Made by a program: the position numbers and the translations under genes. DNA of 64,000 nt from contig OZ038378.1 of assembly GCA_964036045.1 (NCBI GenBank), forward strand, positions 175,150,001 through 175,214,000, in the 5' to 3' direction. Below the pieces are notes generated by a model, which saw only the letters and a program-made list of their open reading frames with translations, was not told the DNA's origin and ran no database searches. Source of the stretch: Eutreptiella sp. 'Long Island Sound 2002' (taxonomy: Eukaryota; Protista; Euglenida). Positions 62,970 through 64,000 of this stretch are shown here, one piece after another (position 1 is the stretch's first letter; the number at the start of each line of letters is the position of its first letter).

Positions 62970-64000
62970 ACCGAGGAGGGCAAAGCAAAAGAACGGCTTG
63001 GCACTCAAAAACGAGGCGGCTTCTTCAAGGTAGCCAGGTGCAGCTTGGTCTTGAGGGTTGCGGATAGGGCACTTAGGTGTCGATCTTCATCGCTGGCTCC
63101 CAATACCTTCGTCAACACTTGGACTGTCTCATCTGGACCGAACTTGGGAAGTTCTTCGGGTACCTCCTGGGACGGATGATCTTGGGTTCTAGTGAGGGCG
63201 CCGCAGCTGTGGACTCCATTTCAGCCGTCTGCACAGACTCTTTGTCCCCTCCCAAGAAGGATTCCCAGTCGTCCTCCCGGGTTTTGAGGGTCTTCTCAAC
63301 GCCCGTCCTCCAGAAGTATGCGTCCAGGTGGCACAAGGAAGGAGGAGGATGGGCACTCAGAACACACGACCATAGAAGCCAATGAGGTTGCCAGTGGGTC
63401 ACGGCGCCCTAAGCGTTCTAAAGGCTCATAGGTCTCGGGAGGCACTCGAAGAGACAAGGGTATATAATCTCCAAGGCTAAGAACAAGAATGTCTTCATCG
63501 ATTTTCTCACCCGCTCTTGCTGCTTGCTCTCTTTGAGGGCCGGTACTACGTGGGACACCACCGGTAGATGTTGCATAGGGAGGAGCCACGCCACCAACCT
63601 TTGGGCTGGTAGTGATAGGCACAGTCTTTGTACTTATGGTGACGGACATCTCCTTTATAGCTTCTTTGTCTTTTTGTTTTGTGCTTTAGCTTCCCAAAGG
63701 ACCGCCTCTTCTACAAAAAAGACATTCTTGTTCTCAAAAGTTTGAGTTGTTGAAAATGTCACTGCTTTTCCTACTAGTTTTGATGATGAAAACCTCCCTC
63801 TTTTGTTGAAATATGGGATTGAACTCAAAGTAGTCCAGTGGTGGTGCGCACAGGAACACAAGGATCAAAATCAGGCTGTAACGTCACTCCAAATCAAAGC
63901 ATAAGTAGCAAAGACGAGCTGTAGATGACAGTGCAGGTTTAAATACAAAGCTTCAATGGTTTGTAAATGAAAGTAGATGAAAATTGACAGCACTCTGGCT

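Overview
Repeat-rich eukaryotic genomic DNA. The repeat families and the GTG/GTC-rich splice donors suggest a euglenid such as Eutreptiella; this is recalled from memory and not verified. One giant + strand gene occupies 454-56907. I assembled 18 exons joined by phase-compatible GT-AG introns, giving at least 2442 aa, with the 5' end outside the window. Predicted architecture: EGF-like repeats, a propeller-like region, two IPT/TIG domains, Ig-like domains, a Cys-rich module, a multi-pass TM domain with a YWE..RK motif, and a long low-complexity tail. The introns are filled with mobile DNA. The most striking element is about 8.15 kb, bounded by TIRs (9337-17487), and sits in intron 3. It encodes an Academ/DUF6589-like DDE transposase and an 8-exon second gene with a ParB-like domain, a possible HTH, a possible degenerate methyltransferase fold and a K/E-rich tail. 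It carries 16 copies of a 20-bp palindrome (CCATTCGAAATTTCGAATGG), all in non-coding positions and none seen elsewhere in the window. Also present: a 5'-truncated Penelope-like retroelement with a decayed hammerhead ribozyme and 25-bp flanking direct repeats, hAT-like and Tc1/pogo-like short elements, LINE endonuclease and chromodomain relics, minisatellites, and dispersed repeat families. No rRNA, tRNA or CRISPR array is supported. All domain and family calls come from motif recognition by eye; no database search was run.
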